Assembly: GCF_026210795.1 (NCBI RefSeq) | Contig: NC_089430.1 | Coordinates: forward strand, 558,001 to 622,000 | DNA length: 64,000 nucleotides | DNA from: Rhizophagus irregularis | Taxonomy: Eukaryota | Direction of reading: 5' to 3' | Part shown: positions 51,050-63,617 of the stretch, in pieces | Numbering within the stretch: position 1 is the first letter of the stretch | Layout of the letters: every line of letters begins with the position of its first letter | Program-made: the position numbers and the translations under genes | The notes under the pieces: model-generated | The model's database searches: none | Seen by the model: the letters and a program-made list of their open reading frames with translations, nothing else | Told to the model about the DNA's origin: nothing

Positions 51050-54000
51050 TTATATGGCTGTAAAATAAAAATTATTTTTTATCCAAATTCTATTTGTAGT
51101 ATCATGATTTGGTAGTTGGCACCTTTCTGAATTACAATTATGAATAAAGTGTACTTTTTGAACATTATCTATTACAGTAATTGGAAAAATATGTCTCCAT
51201 TTATCTCCTGTTGCTTGAAGACGGTAAAGTGGACATTTTAATACTGAATGTTCAACCATAGTATCTTCAAACCAATCTACAACAATAAATGCATAATATT
51301 TGTTATTATTACCCTTATGTTGAAAGATACTTTTGATTATTGCATAAGATTCTTCATGATCTTCTTCATAAATTGTGATAAAATCACCGAGATGTAGGTG
51401 AACTTTTGAAAGAATACCATTTTTTCTTCAATTGTATATGATGCTAATTTGTACCAACTAATTGAAGAATTTATAAGTGCCACCTCAAACTTTATATCCA
51501 CATAAGATAAAAACAATTCAATTTTAAAATTATGCAAAGTCAAGAGAAGTTTATCATGTTCCTGCTTTGACATTCTTTTTTTTAAGGAAATATTGGAAAT
51601 AAAATTTACTGGTAAAGCAACTAAATTAAAAGATTAGTAAATATTATGCACTGGTAAAAAAATGATTTATCCTACACATATCTTACACATATTGGGTACT
51701 CAAAATGTAGAAAATCATACACAAATAATACACATATCATACACATATCGGGTACTAATATATATATCATACATATATCAGGTACCTGATAGGTATATTA
51801 TATATATAAGTACCCGATATGTATATGATATGTGTATTATTTGTGTATGATTTTCTACATTTTGAGTACCTGATATATGTAAAATATATGTAGGATATGT
51901 GTAGGATAGACCATTTTTTTACCAGTAATGCATATGTGAAAAAATAAATATGAAGTACTATAATATTTTGCTATCTTACCTTTTACGTCATCATTTGAAT
52001 TTGTTCCTCAATTAAATATTTATCTTCTGTAACATACCAATTCGAAAATAATTGATCAAAATTTGAACTTGTGAACCCAGTACAAGATCTATTTAATCTT
52101 GGATCTATACCTCCATCTGCTAAATATCGAATTGCAAATAAAGTATTGTAACATTTTAATAAATCCAGGTCTATAGTTTTGCAATTAGTTTTTGGTATCA
52201 TTCCTTTAAAGATACGATGAACCATCTCTTTTATACCAACCTGAGAGTTGACAAGTGTACCAAAAGTTTTAGCATGCATCAAAAAATGCATATTAATATG
52301 TATATTTGGTAAGTTAACAAAACTTGCAAAAACCTATAAAAAAACAAAATATTGTTAATTATTGAATTATTCCATGTTCTGAATTTCAAATTTATAATTA
52401 TACCTTTGGAAGAATTAAAAACTCTTCTTTAAGATATAGCTGTAATTCCTCATAGCTATCTAATGTAAATTCCTTATTAAAAACTGCTTTCATAGTCTTT
52501 GCAACTTGTACCCAACAAGATATAATAGCTTTTAGCACTAAGCTAATTCGAGCCACATCAATCCTTTATCAAATAGTGGCTGCTTCATTATTTTTGAGGC
52601 TTGATTCCTTTAAAAATCGATTTAATAAAAATGGCATAATCATAGCTAGTCTAAGAAGATCAGACATCATAAAGCTATTGTAATGACTAATTGAATTTAG
52701 TAGACGAGACCACTTTTTTGGAATTACAAAATTTTTCCAAATTTTAACAAAATCATCCTCTCCTTCTTGTGAAAATAATTCACAGGTTAGTTTTAGTAGC
52801 CGCCTAATCTTTCCTGCGGTGGCATGATAAATATCCTGTGGCGTCTGTAAATGTCTCTCACATTTTAATTTATCCAAAATACTAGGTAATGATCTTAAAC
52901 CATATTCTGTACAAAGTTGTCCTCTTTTTGAACTTACAGATTCTTGAGAAATTTTTGAAATTTCTTCATCTGTGATATGATGATAACGTAATATTGTCAC
53001 ACTATCCTGATTATAGGTACTCAATAATTCCTTTTTAGTTGTACAAGTACGGCAACCTTTATTTGCATTATATCTAAATTGATTTTTAAATTTAAATCAT
53101 TTTAATAGTTGTTATGAAAATATATTATTAAGATTAATAATTAAATTGAAAAATACCTTAGTACTCCTGCCATATCATTACCTTGAGGTAGATCTGCTGT
53201 AACAAGGACCAACCCAGCAATTATCCATGCATCTTGTTCTTGAACAGTCATAATCTTTCCTTTCTCAAATTTTTTTATTTCTGAAACAAATGGTACCATA
53301 AACTCATTAAAATTTCCGCCAAATGGAATAAATCCAAGAACAAAATGGTTCTTGATTAGCTTTTTTTGATGCATTGGCATGTTACCAAACTGTATATAGA
53401 CGCCACCTAAGGAATGGTATACATTTCTAAATGTACCAAAATCATCATAGTAAAGATCTAAAAACAGCTTATAAACTGGCATAGACGATGGTGGATTTCT
53501 GACAGAAATGTAATCTGAAGGATGTTGGTATGAAAGCTTTGCATCACGAATGTGCCAACGGTCATTACATTTATAAATTATTTCAGTAATTCGTAATGAA
53601 CCTTCTGGAATAATTTGGTGTTGATACGTCATCATTATAGTTACTTTCTCTAAAATTTGAGAGGTCATTATGGTTATAAATGGTTCATCCTGAAACCATA
53701 CTTCCCCAGTTAGAGAACGACGTCGTCTTGATAGCCCTTTTAGATTTCCAGGTAAATCATCATAATTTAAAATTAGTTGAACTCGTAACTCATAGTTTCC
53801 ATTTTCATCTTTCAGAATTGCTCTCAACTTTCCAAGTTTTTGAAGACCATTATCATAATAGTAGACAAAATCACCAGACTGATATATTACTATTTTATTA
53901 AAATAAATATTTTAATGTTAACAAATCATAATTATATCAAAGTATATTGTCCTATTACCTTCTGATATTATTATTTCATGTTGTCCAAAAAGTGGTGATT

Positions 54001-54880
54001 CTCCCCATAAAGTTCTATGCTAATATTCTGATTTTGTTTCAGAATTAACACCGGGTCCGAAATACATATGCTTCATCAGCATTGGATTGTTGAAAACATG
54101 CCATATAATATCACTAATTGAAAGTTGATATGAAAGCTTCGAACTTCGTGAAGTTGACGGAGTTTTTTTTGGTAAAATTTGAATAGGATTTGTTATTATT
54201 GGTAGGAGAGGAAGACGTTTTCTCCATGATTGGAATCTACGGATATTTTTTACTACATGAGTAGGTTCGAATTGAGGATTGTGAATGATATCAACAAGAT
54301 CTTCATATGCTTTTGTAGAAACATTATGTTTTTGAAGCCAACAGAACAGTGCTGTAGTTGTATAATTATCAAAGTAAGGAGCAAATTTGCCATCACAGGA
54401 TGGTATCTTATCTTCATCCAAAGCTTCAACAATTTGATGTATTGCTTCCTCTTCGTTGCCATCACCCTTCTCTTTATCATAATTATGTTCCTCTTCATCA
54501 TTGTTACAGTCATCTTTGTTGTTATTACCTTCCTCTTCATCATTGTTACAGTCATCTTCGCTGTTATTACCTTTCTCTTCATCATTGTTACCTTCCTTTT
54601 CATAACTACTACCTTCCTCTTTGTCGTTATTATCTTCCTCTTCGCCACTACTTTCCTCTTCATTATCATCATCTGATGATTCGGTAACCACACCATCTTC
54701 CAATAATATCAACTCATTATTATCATTATCACCATGATTAATGTTTTCCATGTTAACATGTTTGGATAATACGTTATTGAAAACATTATCAGGTAATGCC
54801 TCATTATGACTGTCATGAGAAAACCGATTGTGAATTCGAAATGGTTTTATAGAATTAGAATGAGTATATCATTGTCTCAT
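51050..54880 (-). pseudogene. CACTA/Plavaka-like DDE transposase with acidic N-terminus and BAH-like domain(s); about 5 exons; inactivated
   Basis: Core motifs YYDDFGTF...SLGGVY...GNMP...NHFVLGFIP...TADLPQ...GCRTC, QDIYH, HINMH and KEMVHR parallel the TnpD/Transposase_21-type pattern. BAH-like segments are YQSGDFVYY...EVWF and DFITI...YAII...VDWF. Stops at codon 4, at 54020 and at 52569, plus frameshifts. Confidence 0.8.
51649..51927. mobile_element. CACTG MITE in the last transposase intron, 3-bp TSD ATG
   Basis: Same family as 37760-38038; ATG on both flanks. Confidence 0.92.
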
Positions 54881-55481
54881 AATTAAAAAACTTTATTCAA
54901 TTATTCAATTTAAATTAAAAAATCAATTTAGCAAGAACTTTATGGAATTTATGAAATTAAACTGTACAGCACCTTTCATAAAAAATTATTTACTTTATTT
55001 TAATGATAATGACTATATGATTTAAATGCGTCAAATTGAGTAATATAATTTATTACAGCCACAATTTGTTGCCAAGTCATTTAAAAAAACTTGTTGTCAC
55101 CTGATCACCACGTTGAGGTGCAGCAACATTGATCGGGGTGAGGGGAAAATGAAAGGAAAAGGGAAAGAGGAAAGAAAAAGATGAAGGGGAAGGGGGAAAC
55201 AAAAGAGAAAAAAAAAACAAAGAAAAGGGGAAAGAAAAAGATGAAGGAAAGGGAGAAGATGAAAGGGAAAGGGAAAATATAAAAATTATAAAATTAAAAA
55301 TAAAATATATAAAAATAAAAATAAAAATATAAAATTAAAAAATATAAAATTAAAATATAAAAATATAAAAATATAAAATTAAAATATAAAATTAAAAAAT
55401 ATAAAATTAAAATATATAAAAATAAAACATAAAAATAAAAAATATAAAATAAAAAAAATATAAAATAAAAAAAAATATAAA

Positions 55482-56073
55482 TTAATCTCAAGCTCGAAGT
55501 CGCCGTAGGTGCCTCCTGTTACGTTGGCGTCTCCTACTATACCGCGTTTCTAATAATGTAAATAAAATAATTTAATATAAATAAATATAAGAATTAATTA
55601 AAAGATCTCTAATAATTACCGGGCTGCTCCCAGAATCTGCTTCTGAAAGACCGATAGTAACGCTAGCCTGTTCTGGTCCAGTGACCTCTACTTCCTCCAT
55701 TTCTCCACTCAACAAAATCCTAAAAATATCAACACAGTTAATACATTTTTTTTTATTATCTTTATTTTGTTATTGCTTTACTAACATTGAAATTCCGAAT
55801 TAAATTTCAGAATCATTGCTTACACTGTCTTGCAGAGCAATGAAATCGTAGGTCCTGGTAGAGTCATCTTGCGGTTGTTTCCCAGAAGGAAACCCTACTT
55901 CTACCATCCATATCATGGTAGCACTCATTACCACGTTTTTACATTATTGTTATTTATTGAATTATTAGATAAAAGAATAATGTAAGTAACATAAAAGAAA
56001 GAAGACATCTAGAAAGATATTTTATTTTACCTTCTTTGTCTTATCAAATGGTCAGTAGCCGCACGGGTCCATT
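55482..56073 (-). pseudogene. Spliced Myb/SANT-like cargo gene, copy C
   Basis: Mirror of 43045-43637 with additional CGA>TGA stops. Confidence 0.75.
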
Positions 56074-57194
56074 CTATAGGCATGATTAAAATTTGTTGAG
56101 AAATGATTATTTTTTTTAAAAAAAAGACGTATACTTCCCTTATAAATATTTTCTCTAGTTTGAAATTCTGTTTATTTTACTTAACATTCAAAATAATATA
56201 TGCAAGTAATATATTTAAGATATCTGCAAAAATAAATTTCTTTTTTATTTAAAAATTAAAAATAATATATGCAGGCAATAAGATTAAGATGCCCTTGCAA
56301 TATATTTATATCAGACAATTACAAATAATAAGTTATTATCTAAAATATCAAACGAATTCAATCACGTCAAATATGAGTTCAACTCAAGTTCAATTTGAGT
56401 TCACACGAACTAACTTATTTCACTAGATATTATGAATTTATTATACTATTTTTTATTTACAATTTTAATTGTTTAGTTTATTTTTTCTAATTGTAAAATT
56501 AAATCATATTTAATCAAGTCAAATCTAACAAAAATTAACAATTTCATCAACGCAAATTCAAACTCAAATTCAACTCGAGTTTGACGAGTTTCGAAACGAT
56601 TAAATTTGCTGGATATAATAATCTAACTACATTTGTATATGCCAATTATATTAATATTACCCTTACTTATGTTTAATTGTGAAACATAAATAATACCGAT
56701 ATCATTAAATTTTGATTTTTTCTTTGACCATGTGAGTTGATATGTCATACAGTGTCAGAATAATATAGCAATTGTGGCTGTAAAAGGCTGTGCTTAATCG
56801 TAAAAGGAAGTTTAACATTATTGTTTCATCATTCATTTCTTTAAACAGAAATTCATAACATTTATTTTTATCTTATGATAGTCATTTTATATTTTGACAA
56901 TAGATAATAAATTCCATTGTTATGTAGCATTCTTCAAAAATGAGACATTGGATCAAAAAATAGGAGATGGAGCACGAGAACTCAGTTATTAGAATTTAGA
57001 ATTATGATTACAGTATAAAATTGGAATACATACATTATGTACTGTGTGAATGTGTGATCTCACGAGATGAGAATGTCCGGTTTCAAAATTAATATAAAGA
57101 ACTTTAATTCGGTAAACATATTTATTTTACTTTTTTTTCGCTTATTTTTCTTAATCGAATTTTTCTATATTTTTTTTCACTAATATTTTATATT

Positions 57195-58465
57195 ATGTCT
57201 AAACGTAAAGCAGTTTATAATAATCAAGTAGAAGTTGAAACAGGTATTTATATAACTTTTTGTAAATATAATTATATTTTTTGCTTATATGTAAGAAAAA
57301 TAAATAGTAAAATACCAAAAATATGTATGATAGAAATGAAAAAAAATCCAAGGACTTTATCGAAAAAGAGGAGAGAAATGAATATCGAAGAAACTAATCA
57401 ATTATTATTAGGTAAATATTAATTATATAGGCTTTAGCTCTTTGATATTATTCTATTAATTTTAATTGAAATAATTGAAATGATATATTATATGGAAAAA
57501 GAAGTAATAGTAGAAGATGATGTAAGGGATAAAAGTGAAGATGAAGATAAAGAAGATGAAGATGATGAAGATGATGATAATGATAACGACAAGTTAGGCA
57601 TGACTAAAACAGTTCTGGATCCATTTCAGTTTTGTACAAAATTAGATATATGTAACTGGCTTCTAAAAAATCCAGACATTTTACGATTAGCAAATGAGAT
57701 GAATGAATCATCTTATGTCATTAGTTCAAAGAATACTGAAGTTAGTATTAATACAATATGGTAATATTTATTATGTCTAAATCTTTAAATAACGTATCTC
57801 ATAATATTTTAGGATAAAATACGACTCTGGGATGAGTCGATAAAGTGCTTATTTTTACGAGCGAAGAATCTGAGTAGTGAAGCACTCGATGATTTGGTTG
57901 TGAAAATTTTTCAGTTTAAAATTTATACTAGTGAAGCTAGAAGCTATTTAGAAAAAACTCGTAAGTCTTTAATTGACTTTCGAAATAAATTCAACCAAAA
58001 TATTCTAAATTTAGTGGAGGAATACAAAAAATAAGAAAGAGCAGGTATTTATTTATTTTATTGTTTTATAGTCAACAAAATAGTGCTATTTGTATAATTA
58101 TTAATTAATTAATTATAGGGGTACGACTGGAAATCTTTCACAAAAGAAATTAAAGAATACGTTGATGAAAACGTGATGCAAAAACTTTTAAACTGTCAAC
58201 TCGCAGCTGTCAATATTTTGGAATTAACAAATAATGGAGGAACTGATACGTTAGTTGAGTTTGTTAAGGAAGCCGTCTGCATTTCTTGGGACGGTAAAAA
58301 CTTATCTGGTATAAAGGAGTTATATACCATGACTAAAAATTTAATTAACCCTTCCCGAAGTGGAAGTGATATAGTAAATACCCTAAAACAAGTAAGTTAT
58401 TTTATTTATTTCACATATTACGCTTTTGATAATAATATATTAATAAAATTAAATTATAGATTTAG
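57195..58465 (+). pseudogene. Acidic cargo gene X, copy C (uncharacterised)
   Basis: Multi-exon mirror of 39224-40494; 1-nt deletion in the A-run near 58030. Confidence 0.8.
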
Positions 58466-60494
58466 GTGCGTTCTTATAAAATTATATGACGAAGAAGAAT
58501 CATTAATAAATGATTTTATAAAATTTTAATAAAAAAATAAAATTGAGTTTTATTGAGTATTTCTTTTTAGTTTATTTAATTATTATTCTTTTAATGGTAT
58601 AGACTTTAATAATAATTAGCTTCAATCGAAAAATCACAAAAAGTTTTAAAAGTTTTGAATATCTGTTGAGATTCAATCATATTTGAATTTCTTTAACTTG
58701 TTGGGTTTATTACCATTAAGTAATCAATTATCTGTATAAACTGTGTAAAGTTAATTTGGCTCTATTTTGAGTAATATCCAGTTATCCACCTATAAAGAAC
58801 TCATCTGTGCATTACCTAAACAATTATTGGTTGATCAAGTTCGTATAATACCAAATTTATAAAATTGTCTGATTAAATGATCGCGTAATTAAATGATCGC
58901 GTATATTAAATGATCACGTATAAGACCTATTAATTCCTAAAAAGTCAATCCAACCACCATTTTATTTAACCGCTATTTATTTTATTTGTACATTTTTTTT
59001 TTGAAAAAAAAAAACTTTCTTTCTGAAAGTAGAGTCTGCCTCCTATACCGTTTGCCGTCGTGCATGGTGTGTTATAGGGAAAGGCGGACTTGAATTATAT
59101 AGGTGTAAGCTTATGTTATATAGGCGTAAAGCTTATATAATTAACGTAACAAAAATCCTTTAATCAAGGGTTAAAATAGGCATGATGGGATATTCTCATA
59201 TATCATGAGCTCTGTCTGTTCAAAGTGTCGTTTTATATATAATTAAGTAGGCTTAAGTTGTAAGTAACTTTTTTATAACATTGATTATTGGAGAATTAAG
59301 TGGCAAAAATAATTTTTAGTTTGTAAGACTTTAACTCCATACCAATTTGTGTGTGTTTGGCGTATATTTTATTCCCTAACCCTTAGACCCACTCGTGGGT
59401 TGGTAGGTTGCTTTGCACTTCTTGCAGCCTATCTTTAATGGGTTTTAGGTCCACGTTTGCCCATTTAAAATTTATTAAACAGGATGTCATTCGTCCAAAC
59501 ACATTGCAACGTTTGTTGATGAAGCTATGGTTGTCTAATAAAAGTTCACTTTGCCAGGCAATTTATGGTGGATTCAATGGATCAAATTACAAATAACAAT
59601 AATGCAGTCATATGAGAATTCCAGGCCAAAGAATAAAGGTGAATTGTCAAAGTTGAGAATATATTTGTATTTTTTTTTTAAAGCCTTCATTCTCATGAAC
59701 TTTTTCATTGTATCCCTAAGTTCAATGATTTTGGTAATGATGAAACTGCAGTTGTTTACAGGGGTTTCCTGCCAAACTTCTGAGGTGAATTTATGTCTGG
59801 TGTTTTCGAATATACTTATCCTTTTTGCAATAGAGTCATAGCGAGTCTTCTTAAAGCGTACCTGTGACATTCCATCCAACTTGAGCAGTGTCACTGAATC
59901 TAAAGCAAGGTACCCGGTTAATCCTCAACTTTGGGTTGATGAGTTATGATTCTGGAGCCCTATAAAAAATATATATACAGTTAGTATACTGTATTTTCGT
60001 ATTTTGCGAACAGTATATTTATAGTATTATTACCGTATAATTACAGTATTTTCACATACTGTATATATTTGGTATTCTGCACACCGTATCATATATACGG
60101 TTTGCATACAGTATATTTTTCCAGTTTCACCCGTATGTTTTATACTTGTAAACAGTAGAAAAACCGTATGTTTTATACCAATAAACAGTATATTGTTTTA
60201 TATTTTATATTGCGAACAGTATACTTTTCCAGGATAAACCGTATATTTTATACTGATAAACAGTACTTTTTTCCAGTTTAAACTGCATATTTTGTACTGA
60301 TAAATAGTATATATTATTCAATTAAATCGTATATTTTATATTTGCAAACAGAATTTAAAATGCATTTATAATCAATAAAATTTTTATTAAATAATATTAA
60401 ATATACAAATATTTTTTTATAAATAATATAAATAAAAAACTAGTATAAAATAATATACTATTTGTAAAAAATATAATATTAGCAAAATATAAAC

Positions 60495-60710
60495 AAAAAA
60501 AAAGAAATTTAATTAGTAATATTATCATTATTTTAAATATAAAAAAGGAATAATAAAAGGTTTGTAAAAAAAAAGAAATTTAATTAGTAATATTATCATT
60601 ATTTTAAATATAAAAAAGGAATAATAAAAGGTTAGTAAAAAAAAAGAAATTTAATTAGTAATATTATCATTATTTTAAATATAAAAAAGAAATAATAAAA
60701 AGTTAGTAAT
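60495..60710 (+). repeat. ~70-bp AT-rich tandem repeat x3
   Basis: GAAATTTAATTAGTAATATTATCATTATTTTAAATAT repeated three times. Confidence 0.9.
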
Positions 60711-61299
60711 ATTATTAATATATTAGTTAGATATAAAAAAGTAATAAAACGATAGTAGTAATGTTAGTAATATATTAAAAAAATTAAATAAAATACATAA
60801 AAGTAAAAAAAAATATAATTAATATATGTTAACATATAATATTAATATAAAAATAAAAACATAAAATGGTGTACATATAGTTGTTTAGTTAAAATTCACC
60901 ATTACAATTCCAGAGAGATATTAGTGAAAGTAATTGTTAATTGATATACGTGCATATCACTTTTTGTATAACTAGTAGTTTGGTACAAATATATATATTA
61001 TATATTATCAAAATAAGTTTTTTATTTAATTTTTATTATTATATGTTAAAATAATTTTGGTATTCATTTTTATTGTCTTTTTTTTCTAAAAAAAAGAAGA
61101 GAAAAGAATATTTTTGAAAAAATAAACAAAAAATAAACAATAACGTGTTATTAATGCATGTGATCAGCGATCAGCTGAATTTTAATTGGTTAAATGTAGA
61201 AATGCGAAAATTAAAAAGCAGAAGTATTTTTTTTAAAATTTAAATCATACAGATTGTTTTTAAAGTTTAATTAGTAATTTAAAAGTTCTTTTTTTTTAA

Positions 61300-63090
61300 C
61301 AAGAAAATTTGTAAAAATTTTTCTTAATACTGCTTAATTTTTAAATTAAAGCCTTAATACTAAATTAGCTAAATTAGAATTAAGAAAAATTTGTGAGAAT
61401 TTTCTTTGATACTGCTTAATTTTTAAATTAAAGCCTTAATATTAAATTAGTTAAATTAGAATTAAGCAATATTAAGAAAAATTCGCAAGAATTTTCCTTG
61501 ATACTGCTTAATTTTTAAATTAAAGCCTTAATACTACTAAATTAGTTAAATTAGAATTAACATATGGACTGATTTATGGAATTAAGTTTTTATATTCAAA
61601 AAACTAACTTTATTAAGAAAATGCTAATACAATTTACATGAAAATGATAGATTCACACCGCTGATATAAATAAAATTGATTTGATTATATTATTTTTTGA
61701 TTTTTTTAATAATATCATTAAAATTAAAAAATTTAAATATAATTGTCATGACAAAATATTGAATAACTTAACGTATATGTGTGCTAGACGAATGAATTTA
61801 TATTCATTAGAAAGAGGTAATCAAGAGCTATTCATAAACCAAATATCACATGAATTGGATCACAAGTTGCTGAATAATTACGTTCAATATATTTATTTTT
61901 AACCTTTGACTTTGATCGTTAATATCTTCACATCTAGTAATTCGATTTGAATAATCTTTTTTCGTTCAGGTAGAGTAGATTCTGGGCTTTCATATGAATA
62001 TAAATATATGTGTTTAGCATATATGTACGCCGAGATATTAACGATTTTGTTAATTGAATAAAACTCTGACACAAAAATTTTTAAAATTATAATTCTTACC
62101 AAAAGATGATCTTTACAGGTATTATTGGGCTCTTTTTACTTTACTTAACAAGTTTTTATTTGCCATTTCTGTTTTAAATTGAATAAATTAATAAAATCAA
62201 TTTTAAAAAGTAATTAACAAGTAGAATAAAATTAGTATAGTAAAAAACAAAAAAAAACATCTCAAAAACTCTAAATCATAACTCACATTTTTATTTTGTA
62301 TATATTTTTACTAAAAAAAAGAAGGAAATAAGGTTAAAAATAAATGAAAAAAGATTTTTCTTATTAATAAAAATTATTAATATTTATTTTCTTACTTACT
62401 GATTAAAAAAAACCTGCTGTATATGCCTATAAACTTTTCTAAGTCACCTAACAAAAATCTGATTGAAAAGTGATTGAAAAGTGATTGAAAAAGAAAGTAG
62501 TTGCCATTGTTATTTTTGAATAAACGTTAAAAAATTTTTTTTATTTTTTGATAGATTTAGATCATCTGATTATGTAACACATACAATTTAAGCTTGTGAA
62601 ACATAATTCTTGTTAAAATGTGCAAATCTTTATGTTTGGCTAATTTCACGAATTGGCAGATATAAGCAGTATTAAGAAAAATTTGCAAGAATTTTCCTTG
62701 ATACTGCTTAATTTTTAAATTAAAGCCTTAATACTAAATTAGTTAAATTAGAATTAAGCACAATAAGCAGTATTAAGAAAAATTCGCAAGAATTTTCCTT
62801 GATACTGCTTAATTTTTAAATTAAAGCCTTAATACTAAATTAGTTAAATTAGAATTAAGCAGTATTAAGAAAAATTTGCAAGAATTTTCCTTGATACTGC
62901 TTAATTTTTAAATTAAAACCTTAATACTAAATTAGTTAAATTAGAATTAAGCAGTATTAAGAAAAATTCGCAAGAATTTTCCTTAATTTTTAAATTAAAA
63001 CCTTAATACTAAATTAGTTAAATTAGAATTAAGTAGTATTAAGGAAAATTCATGAGAATTTTCCTTAATACTTGCTTAATTTTTAAATTA
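61300..63090 (+). repeat. ~92-bp hairpin-containing repeat in two clusters (61300-61560 and 62665-63090)
   Basis: GCAGTATTAAGAAAAATT-NNNN-AATTTTCCTTGATACTGC plus a constant linker. Confidence 0.9.
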
Positions 63091-63617
63091 TAATTTATAA
63101 AAATGATTTATAATTGAGTTTTGAATTTAGTATTATCAATCGGACTTTGAACTTAAAAATTAAACAGTATTAACAAAAATTCTTGTGAATTTTTTAATAA
63201 TTGTGATTTTACATCAGTGAGTTTTTGGGTAGTACATATTAGCAGATACTAGTATTGTTTGATGCTTTAAAGTGTAGAAAAACTTACTCTATCACACGTC
63301 AAATAAATAAAAATTGGCTGATTTTAGCTATATTTGTCCAATTTGTGACTTTTTACAGCTGTATTACCAATTCTTAACCACATTTTTCAGTTTTTTCACT
63401 ATACAAAAAAATTGTATATTACATTATGAAATATATATTTTTATAAAAAATTATATTGTAATATTGAATTAAAATTTAAAAAATATTTTATTAAGCAATA
63501 TTAAATAAAAAACTAATCTTAAATAATTAAATTTTAAACAAAATACATTAAGAATATAAATTTACTTGTAATTTAATGTAATACGCACAATTATAAAAAA
63601 TTAATAACTACACAAAT

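Larger units (their letters stand above)
49009..59957 (+). mobile_element. Large CACTA/CMC-like element, copy C (most complete gene set; right end displaced beyond the window or lost)
   Basis: Collinear with A at both ends (49620-51250 ~ 25855-27500; 58790-59957 ~ 31940-33092); contains the full transposase. Confidence 0.9.

Noticed and set aside
51662..51850. ORF MIYPTHILH...
   Set aside because: Lies wholly within a palindromic MITE.
54230..54696. Alternative-frame ORFs over the transposase acidic region
   Set aside because: Shadows of a low-complexity coding repeat.
37460..59957. Palindrome as an amplification or long-read chimera artefact
   Set aside because: The arms differ by many transitions, a 3.4-kb deletion and independent TSD-flanked insertions, which an artefact would not create.
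62665..63090. CRISPR-like array of palindromic repeats
   Set aside because: The intervening sequences are identical rather than unique spacers; there are no cas genes and the context is eukaryotic.
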